Assembly (NCBI GenBank): GCA_041667185.1
Contig: JBAYFM010000003.1
Location: 16,962-80,961 of the forward strand
DNA from: Patescibacteria group bacterium
Lineage (GTDB): Bacteria; Patescibacteriota; Patescibacteriia; SG8-24
Length of the DNA: 64,000 nucleotides
Direction: 5' to 3'
The position numbers and the translations under genes are program-made. Below, piece by piece: positions 36,513-45,638 of this stretch (position 1 is the stretch's first letter; each line of letters opens with the position of its first letter). Under the pieces are notes generated by a model. The model did not search any database, had not been told where the DNA came from, and saw only the letters and a program-made list of their open reading frames with translations.

Positions 36513-37474
36513 TCCAGTCTCGAGCCGATCAGGTCCGGATAGCCGTTCAGGATCGCGCGTCCGTCGACCGCAGTCTTGCCCTCAAATTGGACCTTGAGCA
36601 GCACCAAGGCCTGTTTTTTGGCGTTCACGGCCGGATAACCGGAAGCGGCGCGGAAGACAACGCCCGGCGCTACGCCGGCTGACTCGTCCGCCACTTCGCC
36701 CCAGAGAATCTTGAATCTGAGCGGTTTGCCGCGGCGCTGCCAGACGGCGTATGCCTGCGGCCAGGTCGCGAACGCCCGGATCTTCCGTTCGATCTCCGCG
36801 GCGGTCTCGTCTTTCCAGGCGATCAGTCCATTCTCTTTGGTGATGATCTTGGTGGCGGTGGCCGCCGCGTGATCTTGGGCTAGGGCCGGGAGCGCGCCAT
36901 CCGCGTATAAGTCGATCTTGTCGATGAGCAGTCTGGACGCCACAGTCGCGAGATCGGCCTGCAGGGAGCGGAAAGTGGTCTCTGGTCCGATGTCGACCTC
37001 GGCGGTCGCGACGACCGGACCATGGTCCATCAGCTCATCCATGACCATGAGGCTCACGCCGGTCTTTTTTTCGCCGGCCATGATGGCGGCTTGGATCGGC
37101 GAGGCGCCGCGATATTTGGGCAGGAGGGACCCGTGCAGGTTGAGCGCGCCGAGACGCGGGATCGCGAGCAACGCGACCGGCAGGATCTGGCCGTAGGCGG
37201 CCACGACAAAAAGATCCGGCCGGAGTCCGGCGAGGCGGTCGCTGAAAGCCTGGTCGCGCCGGACCTTCTCCGGCTGGAGGATGGTCCAGCCGCGGCTCTC
37301 GGCGAAGGTCTTGATCGGGCTGGGCTTGAGCATTCCGGAGCGTCCGGCCGGGCGGTCGGGCTGGGTCACGACGGCGAGCAGCCGGTAGCGGTCCGGAGCC
37401 GCGGCCAGGGCCTCGAGCGGCGGCACGGCGAATTCGCTGCTGCCGAAATAGACGATACCCAGAGGCTCGATCAT
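36509..37474 (-). CDS. fmt: Methionyl-tRNA formyltransferase
   Basis: IVYFGSSEFAVPPLEAL...LNLHGSLLPKYRGASPIQAAI. Confidence 0.9.
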   Translation of the reverse strand: MIEPLGIVYFGSSEFAVPPLEALAAAPDRYRLLAVVTQPDRPAGRSGMLKPSPIKTFAESRGWTILQPEKVRRDQAFSDRLAGLRPDLFVVAAYGQILPVALLAIPRLGALNLHGSLLPKYRGASPIQAAIMAGEKKTGVSLMVMDELMDHGPVVATAEVDIGPETTFRSLQADLATVASRLLIDKIDLYADGALPALAQDHAAATATKIITKENGLIAWKDETAAEIERKIRAFATWPQAYAVWQRRGKPLRFKILWGEVADESAGVAPGVVFRAASGYPAVNAKKQALVLLKVQFEGKTAVDGRAILNGYPDLIGSRLD

Positions 37475-37480
37475 AGGAAA

Positions 37481-37933
37481 CTATTTTTTCAGGCGGTCGA
37501 TGAAGAGGACGCCGTCGAGGTGGTCGTTCTCATGCTGCAGCACGCGGGCGAAAAAACCTTCGGCCGTGAATTTCAGTCTGCTACCGTCGATGGCCCGGGC
37601 TTCGACCTCGAGCGAGCGGTAGCGCGGCACCTGGCCGAATTGGCCGGGCACGGACAGACAGCCTTCCTCTTCGGTCACGGTCTTCGCGGAGTGTCCGGTG
37701 ATGACGGGATTCGCGAGCGCCACCGGTCCGTCGGAGCTGTCGGCGATGAAGACCCGGAGGCTGACGCCGATCTGCGGCGCGGCGATGCCGACGCCGTTCG
37801 CGGAACGCATGGTCTCGATGAGGTCGTCGACGAGTTGAGCCAGGTCTGCGGTACCAAAAGACTCCGGCGGCACTTCTTCGGCCCGTACCCGGAGCACCGG
37901 ATCGCCTTCAACGACTACTTTTCTTATCGCCAT
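37481..37933 (-). CDS. def: Peptide deformylase
   Basis: GIAAPQIG, EGCLSVPG, HENDHLDG motifs. Confidence 0.9.
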   Translation of the reverse strand: MAIRKVVVEGDPVLRVRAEEVPPESFGTADLAQLVDDLIETMRSANGVGIAAPQIGVSLRVFIADSSDGPVALANPVITGHSAKTVTEEEGCLSVPGQFGQVPRYRSLEVEARAIDGSRLKFTAEGFFARVLQHENDHLDGVLFIDRLKK

Positions 37934-38030
37934 AGTTGTCGTATTTTAGCTTGTTCTGGCTCAGAAAAGGGTATCGGTTTTCGCCAGAACGTCATCGCAG
38001 GATAGCATTTTCAGGCGCGTTTGTAAAGAC

Positions 38031-38331
38031 TCAGCGCTTGGGCAGGCCCGGCGGCGCCGCCAAGCTGGTCTTGCGGCATTTCCAGAAGAAAAGTTTCGCC
38101 GGGTCTTTGGCGTTGCTGTCCCTGACCTCGGAGAAGATCACTCGCGCCCGCGCCGCGCCGACGCGCTTGATGACGCCCAGATACATCCCGAATTTTTTGC
38201 GTTCGCCGAAATACGAGCTGACCTCGTCGGTCAGCGCGTGAATGTCCGAATGGATGTTGGTGTTGGCCTTCTGCTTCAGTCTGGCCTCGAGGGTCTGCTT
38301 GATGCCTTCCATATCCCGTGAGAGATCCATT
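38031..38331 (-). CDS. Hypothetical small protein (100 aa), tentative
   Basis: In-frame ATG (MDLSRDMEGIKQ...) inside the long artefactual ORF 38031..39212. Directly downstream of the 38384..39178 gene. Weak support. Confidence 0.3.
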
Positions 38332-38383
38332 GTAAAAAAGCCCGGGACGGGCCGTCGGCGGCAGCGCTGCGGACCGGACGCAC

Positions 38384-39178
38384 TCAGGTGATGCGCATGC
38401 CGGCCACGAGGTAGCCCACGCCGAACGGTTTTTCGTAAGAGATGATCTCGGTCTGGTGTTTGACGTCGTCCATGATGCCGGCCAGCACCGCGAGGACGTT
38501 CATGCCGCAGGCTTTGGCTTCGTCGCTCCAGGCCGCGTCGATGTCGAGCAATCCGCGGAGCTGATCCTTTTCGACGAGTTCGCGGATCTTGGCGTCCAAC
38601 TCTTCGCCGCGCGGCGAATAACCGGCTGGTGACTGCGGACCCACGCGATGCGACAGGTCGGCCGAAGCGATGACCGCGATGCGTTTGGTCGAGCTCATGA
38701 GTTCGTCCTTCAATTGCCGGCCCAGTTCGTAGTGGGTCTTGAGGTCGAGCTGCGAAGTCAGGAGCGGGGCGATCTTGATCTGCGGCAGATGGGCCGTGAG
38801 GTAGCACAAGGGGACGCTCATACCGTAATCCAGCGCTTCGGAACTCATGAGCGCGAGCGGCAGGTGCTTGATCTTGAAATCCTCGCGGATGCGGTCGATG
38901 AGCATGAAGTCGGACTTCCAGCGCTGCTTGGTCACGAGGTCGCCGAACTCTTCGAAATTGGTGACGTACTCGGGGTTGGCGTTCAGCGTGATGGCGTCCG
39001 GCAGGATGTCGCCGTGCGGCGAGATGATGAGGACCGTCTCCGGCTGGGCCAGGTACAGGTCCTGCTCCAGTTTTTCCATGGCTTTTTTGGTCTGCTCGAG
39101 CAACGCCAAATTTTCCTTGCTCACGGTGGGCATGAGCAGGGGAGTGTGCGCGGTGATGCAGGTGAAGACCAGCGACAT
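38384..39178 (-). CDS. LigB/MEMO1-like class III extradiol dioxygenase-fold protein (AmmeMemoRadiSam system protein B-like)
   Basis: CITAHTPLLMP and LIISPHGD motifs, ~264 aa, consistent with the Memo/LigB fold. Confidence 0.5.
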   Translation of the reverse strand: MSLVFTCITAHTPLLMPTVSKENLALLEQTKKAMEKLEQDLYLAQPETVLIISPHGDILPDAITLNANPEYVTNFEEFGDLVTKQRWKSDFMLIDRIREDFKIKHLPLALMSSEALDYGMSVPLCYLTAHLPQIKIAPLLTSQLDLKTHYELGRQLKDELMSSTKRIAVIASADLSHRVGPQSPAGYSPRGEELDAKIRELVEKDQLRGLLDIDAAWSDEAKACGMNVLAVLAGIMDDVKHQTEIISYEKPFGVGYLVAGMRIT

Positions 39179-39282
39179 AACGATGATATTTTAGCACATC
39201 GTTAAATTTCAAGGGAGAGCCGCGACGGGCGAGCGGTCAGGTCTAGTTTGGCGCTGTCGTTTCCACATTCATCAGCCGCCAG

Positions 39283-39311
39283 TTGACGTTCGGTTTCTGT
39301 TCGGGTATGAT
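39283..39311 (+). promoter_or_regulatory. lexA promoter (TTGACG-17-TATGAT) with embedded GTTC-N7-GTTC direct-repeat LexA-box candidate
   Basis: TTGACG at 39283-39288, TATGAT at 39306-39311. GTTC at 39288-39291 and GTTC at 39299-39302, separated by 7 nt inside the spacer. Confidence 0.5.
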
Positions 39312-39352
39312 GAAAGCGTGAAGTCAACCTTGTGGATAAGTCTTTCAGACAT

Positions 39353-39988
39353 ATGACCACCAAAGAACCGGCCAAACTCACCAAGCGGCAGGCCCAGATC
39401 ATGAAGTTCATCGTGGACCGGATCCGGGACGATGGTTATGCGCCGTCCTACCGCGAGATCGGCGAGAGCCTGGGCGTGAGCTCGACTGCGACGATCCATG
39501 AGCACATCAAGAACCTGGAGGAGAAGGGTCTGTTGGAGCGCGATTGGCGGGCGGCGCGTTCGATTCAGGTCGCTCCGGCGGTCATGCGCGAGACGCGCGG
39601 CGTCAGTCTGCAGCTTGCCGGACTTATCACGGCCGGCGAGCCGATCGAAGCGATCGAGGAGCAGGAGCAGATCGACGTGCCGGCGCAGCTGGTCTCCGAT
39701 CCGGCCAATACCTATGTCTTGAAGGTCAAAGGCAATTCCATGATCGAGGACGGCATCAATTCCGGCGATTACGTCATCGTCGAGCGGCGCAACACTGCCC
39801 GCGACGGCGAGGTGGTCGTGGCCTTGCTCGAGAACATGTACGCCACGCTGAAACGGTTCTATAAGGAGAAGGGTCGCGTGCGGCTGCAGCCGGCCAATAG
39901 CACGATGTCGCCGATCTACGCCACCGATGTCGCGATCCAGGGCGTGGTGCGCGGGCTGATCAGAGATTTCAACGCCGCTTCATTATAA
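39353..39988 (+). CDS. lexA: LexA repressor (S24 peptidase)
   Basis: N-terminal wHTH (LTKRQAQIMKFIVDRIRDDGYAPSYREIGESLG). Cleavage/catalytic region VKGNSMIEDGI...GEVVVALL. Alternative start at 39332. Confidence 0.85.
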   Translation: MTTKEPAKLTKRQAQIMKFIVDRIRDDGYAPSYREIGESLGVSSTATIHEHIKNLEEKGLLERDWRAARSIQVAPAVMRETRGVSLQLAGLITAGEPIEAIEEQEQIDVPAQLVSDPANTYVLKVKGNSMIEDGINSGDYVIVERRNTARDGEVVVALLENMYATLKRFYKEKGRVRLQPANSTMSPIYATDVAIQGVVRGLIRDFNAASL

Positions 39989-40013
39989 TAATTGATATTT
40001 TGGACCCGATTTT

Positions 40014-40295
40014 ATGTCCTCACTTAACGAGAATTTACGGTCAGTTGTCGCTTCGGACGAGGTGTTTCGCAGAGACAATAATATGACGGCGGCCGCGATG
40101 GAAGAAACGCTTCTCGGTGTTCAAGAAGCCGTCGTTAAAATGTGGGCTGATTGTCGGCATGGGACCCGGGAAACAATGGGTAGGCGCGCCGCCAACCTGA
40201 TTTACGGAGCGCTGTTGGCCGTCAAATCTGCTGGGATCGATGATATAGACAGCGCTTTGAAGAAGCGACTGGAGGAGATCAATTCAACACCCTAA
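40014..40295 (+). CDS. Small MazG-like NTP pyrophosphohydrolase-fold protein (tentative)
   Basis: 93 aa with the EE..E..D helix pattern (AMEETLLGVQEAVVKMW...LAVKSAGIDDIDSALKKRLEEI). Immediately downstream of lexA. Confidence 0.4.
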   Translation: MSSLNENLRSVVASDEVFRRDNNMTAAAMEETLLGVQEAVVKMWADCRHGTRETMGRRAANLIYGALLAVKSAGIDDIDSALKKRLEEINSTP

Positions 40296-40507
40296 TTTTC
40301 ATTAATAAAATGGAAACGCCGCCCCCGTGGAAAGGAAAGCGGCGTCTCCGGCGAGCGGCCGGCCTAAGCCGGAAGCTCAGCCACGCGGAGTGGCACCGTC
40401 ATCGTATCATCTGTATGGCGCATCGTAAATTAAGGGCGTTCTATCGTCAGCTCTTCGGATCCCTGCTGGACGTCCTGTCCCTGGCGTAACCCCCATTGCT
40501 TGTCTTG

Positions 40508-40548
40508 AAAAGAACGACTCCTCGCATGAGGAGCCGTTCTTTTTTTTG
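40508..40548. terminator. Bidirectional rho-independent terminator between the lexA operon and clpB
   Basis: AAAAG-GAACGACTCCTC-gcat-GAGGAGCCGTTC-TTTTTTTT. Confidence 0.7.
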
Positions 40549-40552
40549 TTGG

Positions 40553-43180
40553 TCACTTGACCGAGATGGTCAGTTCTTCGCCCTTGGCGTCGATCGAGAC
40601 CGTGGCTTCGTCGCGGACCTCGCCGTTGATGATCTTGAGCGCCAGTGGATCCAGGATCTCGCGCTGCAGCGCGCGCTTCAGCGGCCGCGCGCCGAAGACC
40701 GGGTCATAGCCTTTCTGGGCCAATACTTTGGCCGCTTTCGGCGTCACCTTAAGCTTGATACGCTTGGCGGCCAGGCGCTTGGCGACGCGCTCGATCTGGA
40801 TGTTCACGATCTCGGCGATATTCTCCGGCGAGAGCGACTTGAAGACGATGATCTCGTCGAGGCGGTTCAGGAATTCCGGTTTGAAGCGGTCCTGGAGCAG
40901 GCCCAAGATCCGGCTTTTGGTCGAATCTTTGGGCGCGGAGTCGCGGTCGCCGAAGCCGATGGTGTCGAGTCTGGTGCCGGCCTCGAGGATGACGTCGGAC
41001 CCGACGTTCGAGGTCATGATGATGATGGTGTTCTTGAAGTTGACGCGTCGGCCTTTGGCGTCCGTGAGGCGGCCGTCATCGAGGATCTGCAAGAGAGTGT
41101 TCCAGACGTCGGGGTGCGCCTTTTCGATCTCGTCGAAGAGCACCACCGAATACGGCTTGCGCCGGACGAGCTCGGTCAGCTGGCCGCCCTCTTCGTGGCC
41201 GACGTAGCCGGGAGGCGAGCCGAGCATGCGCGAGACCGTGTGCTTCTCGCCGTACTCGGACATGTCGAGGCGGATCATGGCGCTCTCGTCGTTGAACAGG
41301 TATTCGGCGAGCGCCCGGGCGAGCTCGGTCTTGCCGACGCCGGTGGGACCGAGGAACAGGAACGAACCGATCGGCCGGTTTTCTTCGGCGATGCCGGCGC
41401 GCGACCGGCGCACGGCGTTCGCGATGGCTCGGACCGCTTCGTCCTGGCCGATGACGCGACGGGTGAGCACGGTCTCAAGCTGCGCCAGCTTGGCCGCTTC
41501 CTCCTCGAGCATCTTGCTCACCGGGACGTTCGACCAGCGCGACACGACGGCCGCGATGTCCTCTTCGGTCACTTCTTCTTTCAGATAGCGTTTGTCTTTC
41601 TGGAGTTTCTTGAGTTTGATCTCGGCGGCGGCCATCTTCTTTTCCGCTTCCGGGATGCGGCCGTAGCGGATCTCGGCGACCTTGTTCAGGTCGGATTGCC
41701 GTTCGGCGATCTCCGCTTCCTGTTTCAGTTTTTCGATCTCTTTCTTGCCGCCGCGGATGGAGCCGATGACCTCTTTTTCGCTCTTCCAAGCCAATTCCAG
41801 GCCGCCATACTTTTCCTTGAGATCGGTCAGTTCCTTTTCCAGTTCTTTGAGCCGGGCGAGCGATTCTTTGTCCGACTCTTTCTGCAGGGCGCGCTTCTCG
41901 ATCTCCAGACGCATGATGTCGCGCTTGAGTCGGTCGAGTTCCTCGGGTTCGGAGTCGATCTCCATCCGGAGCGCCGAGGCGGCTTCGTCGATGACATCGA
42001 CGGCCTTGTCCGGCAGGAAGCGATCCTGGATGTAGCGCGCGGTCAGTTTGACCGCCGCGACGATGGCTGGGTCGGTGATGCGGACGCCATGATGCAGCTC
42101 GTAGCGGTCCTTGATGCCGCGCAGGATGGCAGTGGCGTCCTCGACCGACGGTTCGTTGACCAGGACCGGCTGGAAGCGGCGTTCGAGCGCCTGGTCCTTC
42201 TCGATGTGTTTCTGGTATTCCTTGAGCGTGGTCGCGCCGATGGCCCGCAGTTCGCCGCGCGCGAGAGCCGGCTTCAGCATGTTCGAGGCGTCGAGCGAGG
42301 AGCCGTCGGCGGAACCGGCGCCCACGAGCGTGTGCAGTTCGTCGATGAACAGGATGATGCGGCCGGCGGACTGTTCCACTTCTTTGACGACGGCTTTCAG
42401 CCGATCCTCGAATTCACCGCGGAATTTCGAACCGGCCACCATGGAGCCGAGATCGATGGCGACGACCTCCTTATCCTTGAGCGTCTCCGGCACGTCGCCC
42501 GAGACGATGCGCTGGGCCAGGCCTTCGACGATGGCGGTCTTGCCGGTGCCGGCCTCGCCGATGAGCACCGGATTGTTCTTGGTGCGGCGCGAGAGGACCT
42601 GCATCACGCGGCGGATCTCCTCGTCGCGGCCGATGACCGGGTCGAGTTTTTCCTGGCGCGCGAGCTTGGTCAGGTTGCGGGAATATTTTTCCAGAGCCTG
42701 ATACTTCTGTTCCGGCTCCGGCGAATCCACTTTTTGGGTGCCGCGGATCTCGGCCAGGACCTTCAGGACCGGTTCGTGGGCGACGCTGGAGCGTTCGAGC
42801 AGGGTTTTGATCGGAGAAGGGGATTGTAGCAGCCCCAGGAGCAGGTGCTCCGTGGAGATGTATTCGTCGCCGAAACGCGAGGCTTCTTTTTCCGCGATCG
42901 CGAGGATCTTGGCCACAGCCTGCGAGACGAGCAGTTGGACGGTCTCGCCGCCGTGTTCGGCGGTCGGCAGCTGCTTCCGGGACGTTTCGGCGGCTGCGAT
43001 GAGCGCGCCGATGTCCGCGCCGAGTTTTTTCAGGACTGAAAGGACGACGCCGTCTTTCTGGTGCAGCAGCGCCAGCAGCAGATGCAACGGTTGGAGTTCC
43101 GGATTTTGCGCCTCCATGGCGAGGGTGTAGGCGGCTTCGATGGCTTCGCGGGCTTTAGTAGTGAAATTTTGTGGCAACAT
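40553..43180 (-). CDS. clpB: ATP-dependent chaperone ClpB
   Basis: Both AAA+ modules ([30 protein letters not shown]) and a long M-domain coiled coil. True start at [21 protein letters not shown] (43180), and the ORF track extends artefactually to 43561. Confidence 0.95.
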   Translation of the reverse strand: MLPQNFTTKAREAIEAAYTLAMEAQNPELQPLHLLLALLHQKDGVVLSVLKKLGADIGALIAAAETSRKQLPTAEHGGETVQLLVSQAVAKILAIAEKEASRFGDEYISTEHLLLGLLQSPSPIKTLLERSSVAHEPVLKVLAEIRGTQKVDSPEPEQKYQALEKYSRNLTKLARQEKLDPVIGRDEEIRRVMQVLSRRTKNNPVLIGEAGTGKTAIVEGLAQRIVSGDVPETLKDKEVVAIDLGSMVAGSKFRGEFEDRLKAVVKEVEQSAGRIILFIDELHTLVGAGSADGSSLDASNMLKPALARGELRAIGATTLKEYQKHIEKDQALERRFQPVLVNEPSVEDATAILRGIKDRYELHHGVRITDPAIVAAVKLTARYIQDRFLPDKAVDVIDEAASALRMEIDSEPEELDRLKRDIMRLEIEKRALQKESDKESLARLKELEKELTDLKEKYGGLELAWKSEKEVIGSIRGGKKEIEKLKQEAEIAERQSDLNKVAEIRYGRIPEAEKKMAAAEIKLKKLQKDKRYLKEEVTEEDIAAVVSRWSNVPVSKMLEEEAAKLAQLETVLTRRVIGQDEAVRAIANAVRRSRAGIAEENRPIGSFLFLGPTGVGKTELARALAEYLFNDESAMIRLDMSEYGEKHTVSRMLGSPPGYVGHEEGGQLTELVRRKPYSVVLFDEIEKAHPDVWNTLLQILDDGRLTDAKGRRVNFKNTIIIMTSNVGSDVILEAGTRLDTIGFGDRDSAPKDSTKSRILGLLQDRFKPEFLNRLDEIIVFKSLSPENIAEIVNIQIERVAKRLAAKRIKLKVTPKAAKVLAQKGYDPVFGARPLKRALQREILDPLALKIINGEVRDEATVSIDAKGEELTISVK

Positions 43181-43188
43181 ATTATAGA

Positions 43189-43215
43189 TTAGCACTCTCA
43201 ATGCTTGAGTGCTAA
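43189..43215 (-). promoter_or_regulatory. CIRCE element (HrcA operator) TTAGCACTC-N9-GAGTGCTAA immediately upstream of clpB, with TTGACA/TAAAAT promoter-like hexamers further upstream
   Basis: Minus strand reads TTAGCACTCaagcattgaGAGTGCTAAtctataatATG, a perfect match to the CIRCE consensus. TTGACA(n16)TAAAAT at ~43221-43249. Confidence 0.7.
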
Positions 43216-43376
43216 TCCGTATTTTACCCGCGCCGGCGCGGTTGTCAAGCTGGCGGATAGCCGGATCGTCAGGGTGGGGGAGCGTGATCAAGCTCCAGGC
43301 AAGCACTGGTTTAATGGTAAATCTGCGGCTATTCTCAGCGTCGGAATGATGAGGTAAACTGACCGCGCAGCGTCTT

Positions 43377-44123
43377 ATGAAAGTGGATATCTTAGGGGTC
43401 AAGATAGATGCGGTGACGAGGGCCGAAGCCCGACAGCGGGCGGTCGATTTTTTGGCTGGTTCCAGGGGTTTTCGGGTCTTTACGCCGAACCCGGAAATGC
43501 TGGTGCTGGCGTCCCGCGACGCTGATTTCAAAAAGATCCTGAATACGGCCGACCTGGCCATTCCGGACGGGATCGGCTTGCTATTGGCGGCTCGCTACGG
43601 CGGGCGGTCTTTGCCCGAGCGGGTGACCGGCACGGACCTGATGCAGGATCTTTGTGCCGCAGCCGCGTCTCGCGGGTGGAAAATCTTCCTGTTGGGCGGC
43701 GAGAATGGCGAAGCAGCGGCGGCGGCCGCGGCGCTCAAAGAACGCCATCCGGACATCAAGATTGTCGGCCATGACGAAGGCGGACGGGCGTTCACGGACG
43801 CGAGTGGCCGGGTCAGGCTCCAGGCGGCTGTTTTGGATAAGATCAAGGCCGCGGCGCCGGAGATCCTGTTCGTGGCGCTGGGCCATGGTCGGCAGGAGAA
43901 ATGGATCGCTGATAATTTGGCTGAACTATCATCCGTGCGCGTGGCCATGGGTATCGGCGGCGCCTTTAATTTTATCGCCGGCCGGTCGCTTCGAGCTCCT
44001 CGGTTCTTCCGGCAAAGCGGTTTGGAGTGGCTGTGGCGCCTCGCGGCCGAACCCTGGCGCTGGCGCCGCATCTGGACCGCGGTCGTCGTTTTCCCTTATT
44101 TGGTGTTAAAATCGGAACGCTGA
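43377..44123 (+). CDS. WecB/TagA/CpsF-family glycosyltransferase (GT26)
   Basis: [14 protein letters not shown]...[11 protein letters not shown]...[11 protein letters not shown] is the characteristic TagA-family N-terminus. Confidence 0.8.
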   Translation: MKVDILGVKIDAVTRAEARQRAVDFLAGSRGFRVFTPNPEMLVLASRDADFKKILNTADLAIPDGIGLLLAARYGGRSLPERVTGTDLMQDLCAAAASRGWKIFLLGGENGEAAAAAAALKERHPDIKIVGHDEGGRAFTDASGRVRLQAAVLDKIKAAAPEILFVALGHGRQEKWIADNLAELSSVRVAMGIGGAFNFIAGRSLRAPRFFRQSGLEWLWRLAAEPWRWRRIWTAVVVFPYLVLKSER

Positions 44124-44138
44124 TATAATGTATAGGTT

Positions 44139-45638
44139 ATGAATACTGTTCGAGTACGCTTTGCGCCATCTCCGACGGGTTTTTTGCATATCGGCGGACT
44201 CCGCACCGCTCTCTATAACGAGTTTTTTGCCCGGCGCCATGGCGGAACGTTTCTTTTGCGTATCGAGGATACCGATCAGACCAGATATGTGCCCGGAGCC
44301 GTGGAAAACCTGTTGCGCACCTTGGAATGGTCCGGAATCAAGCCTGATGAGGGTCCGTATTTGGACGCGGCCGGCCAGATCCAGGAAAGAGGGGAACACG
44401 GACCTTATATCCAATCCCAGCGTCTGGAGATTTATCGCCAGTATATCGCGGAATTGCTTGAAAAAGGCCGCGCTTACCGCTGTTTTTGCACGTCTGAAAC
44501 ACTTGATGAGATGCGCAAGAATCAGGAGGTTTCCGGCCGTCCAGTCATGTACGATCGCCGCTGTCGGTCAATCAAGCCGGAGGACGCGGCGGCGCGCGCG
44601 GCGGCCGGCGAGAAACACGTGATCCGCCTGCTCGTGCCGGCTGTCGGCCACACCGTGGTCGAAGACGCCATCCGCGGCACCGTCAGTTTCGATAATTCCG
44701 TGGTCGACGATCAGGTCCTGATCAAGTCCGATGGTTTTCCGACCTATCATCTGGCCAATGTCGTTGATGATCACCTGATGGGCATCACACACGTCATCCG
44801 CGGCGAGGAGTGGCTGCCGTCGACGCCGAAGCACGTGCTGCTTTATCAGGCTTTCGGCTGGATCGTTCCAGTTTTCGCTCACGTGCCGCTGCTCTTGAAC
44901 CCCGATCGCTCGAAACTTTCGAAACGGCAGGGCGACGTGGCGGTCGAGGATTACCGCAACAAGGGCTATTTGCCGCAGGCCATCATCAATTTCGTCGCGC
45001 TGCTCGGCTGGAATCCTTCCGGCACCCAGGAGATCTACGCGAAACAGGAACTGTGCGACAAATTCGAACTCGGCAAGATCAACAAAGGCGGCGCGGTCTT
45101 CAATAAAGAAAAGCTTGATTGGCTGAACCGGGAATACATCAAACAGATGAGCGAAGAGGATCTGTTGGCCGCCGTCCTGCCGTATTACGTCGCGGCTGGC
45201 TATGCGGCCGAAGCCCTGACGAGCGGGGTGTTGAGCCAGGTCTTCCGCCGGGCCGTCGCTCTCGAACGTTCGCGCGTGGCCGTCCTGTCCGAACTCGTGG
45301 CCGGTACGGAATATCTTTTTCAGAGTTCGCTCGTCTACGACAAGGCGATCCTGCCCTGGAAGAAATCGACCGCCGCCGTGGCCGTCGAACGCCTGCGGGG
45401 GATCATCGACTTGTTGGAGAATATTCCGGAAACGTCTTTCGACGACGCCAAGGCCATCGAGCAGGAAGTCATCAGGTTCATTGCCGATCGCGGCTGGACC
45501 AACGCCGAGACCTTGTGGCCGATGCGGGTGGCGCTCACCGCGCGGGCGGCTTCGCCCAGCCCGTTCGAAGTGGCTTGGGCACTCGGGAAAAAACTCACTC
45601 TGGAACGTCTGAATTCCGCCTTAAACGCGTTGAAATGA
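44139..45638 (+). CDS. gltX: Glutamate--tRNA ligase
   Basis: RFAPSPTGFLHIGG (HIGH) and KLSKRQ (KMSKS) motifs. Confidence 0.9.
   Translation: MNTVRVRFAPSPTGFLHIGGLRTALYNEFFARRHGGTFLLRIEDTDQTRYVPGAVENLLRTLEWSGIKPDEGPYLDAAGQIQERGEHGPYIQSQRLEIYRQYIAELLEKGRAYRCFCTSETLDEMRKNQEVSGRPVMYDRRCRSIKPEDAAARAAAGEKHVIRLLVPAVGHTVVEDAIRGTVSFDNSVVDDQVLIKSDGFPTYHLANVVDDHLMGITHVIRGEEWLPSTPKHVLLYQAFGWIVPVFAHVPLLLNPDRSKLSKRQGDVAVEDYRNKGYLPQAIINFVALLGWNPSGTQEIYAKQELCDKFELGKINKGGAVFNKEKLDWLNREYIKQMSEEDLLAAVLPYYVAAGYAAEALTSGVLSQVFRRAVALERSRVAVLSELVAGTEYLFQSSLVYDKAILPWKKSTAAVAVERLRGIIDLLENIPETSFDDAKAIEQEVIRFIADRGWTNAETLWPMRVALTARAASPSPFEVAWALGKKLTLERLNSALNALK

Noticed and set aside
40311-40490. 59-aa Arg-rich ORF (METPPPWKGKRRLRR...) in the lexA/clpB convergent spacer
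   Set aside because: Highly basic low-complexity product, no SD, sits in a terminator-rich convergent gap. More likely non-coding.
40496-42829. 777-aa plus-strand ORF and several 100-200-aa ORFs antisense to clpB
   Set aside because: clpB on the minus strand is unambiguous. These are GC-driven spurious frames.
43181-43561. N-terminal 127-aa extension of the clpB ORF
   Set aside because: ClpB homology begins at [18 protein letters not shown] (43180). The extension would read through the CIRCE element and promoter.
45119-45634. N-terminal extension of the M23 peptidase ORF overlapping gltX
   Set aside because: It lies in a different frame inside gltX. A signal peptide start (MKRFDL...) coupled by ATGA to the gltX stop is the biologically sensible start.
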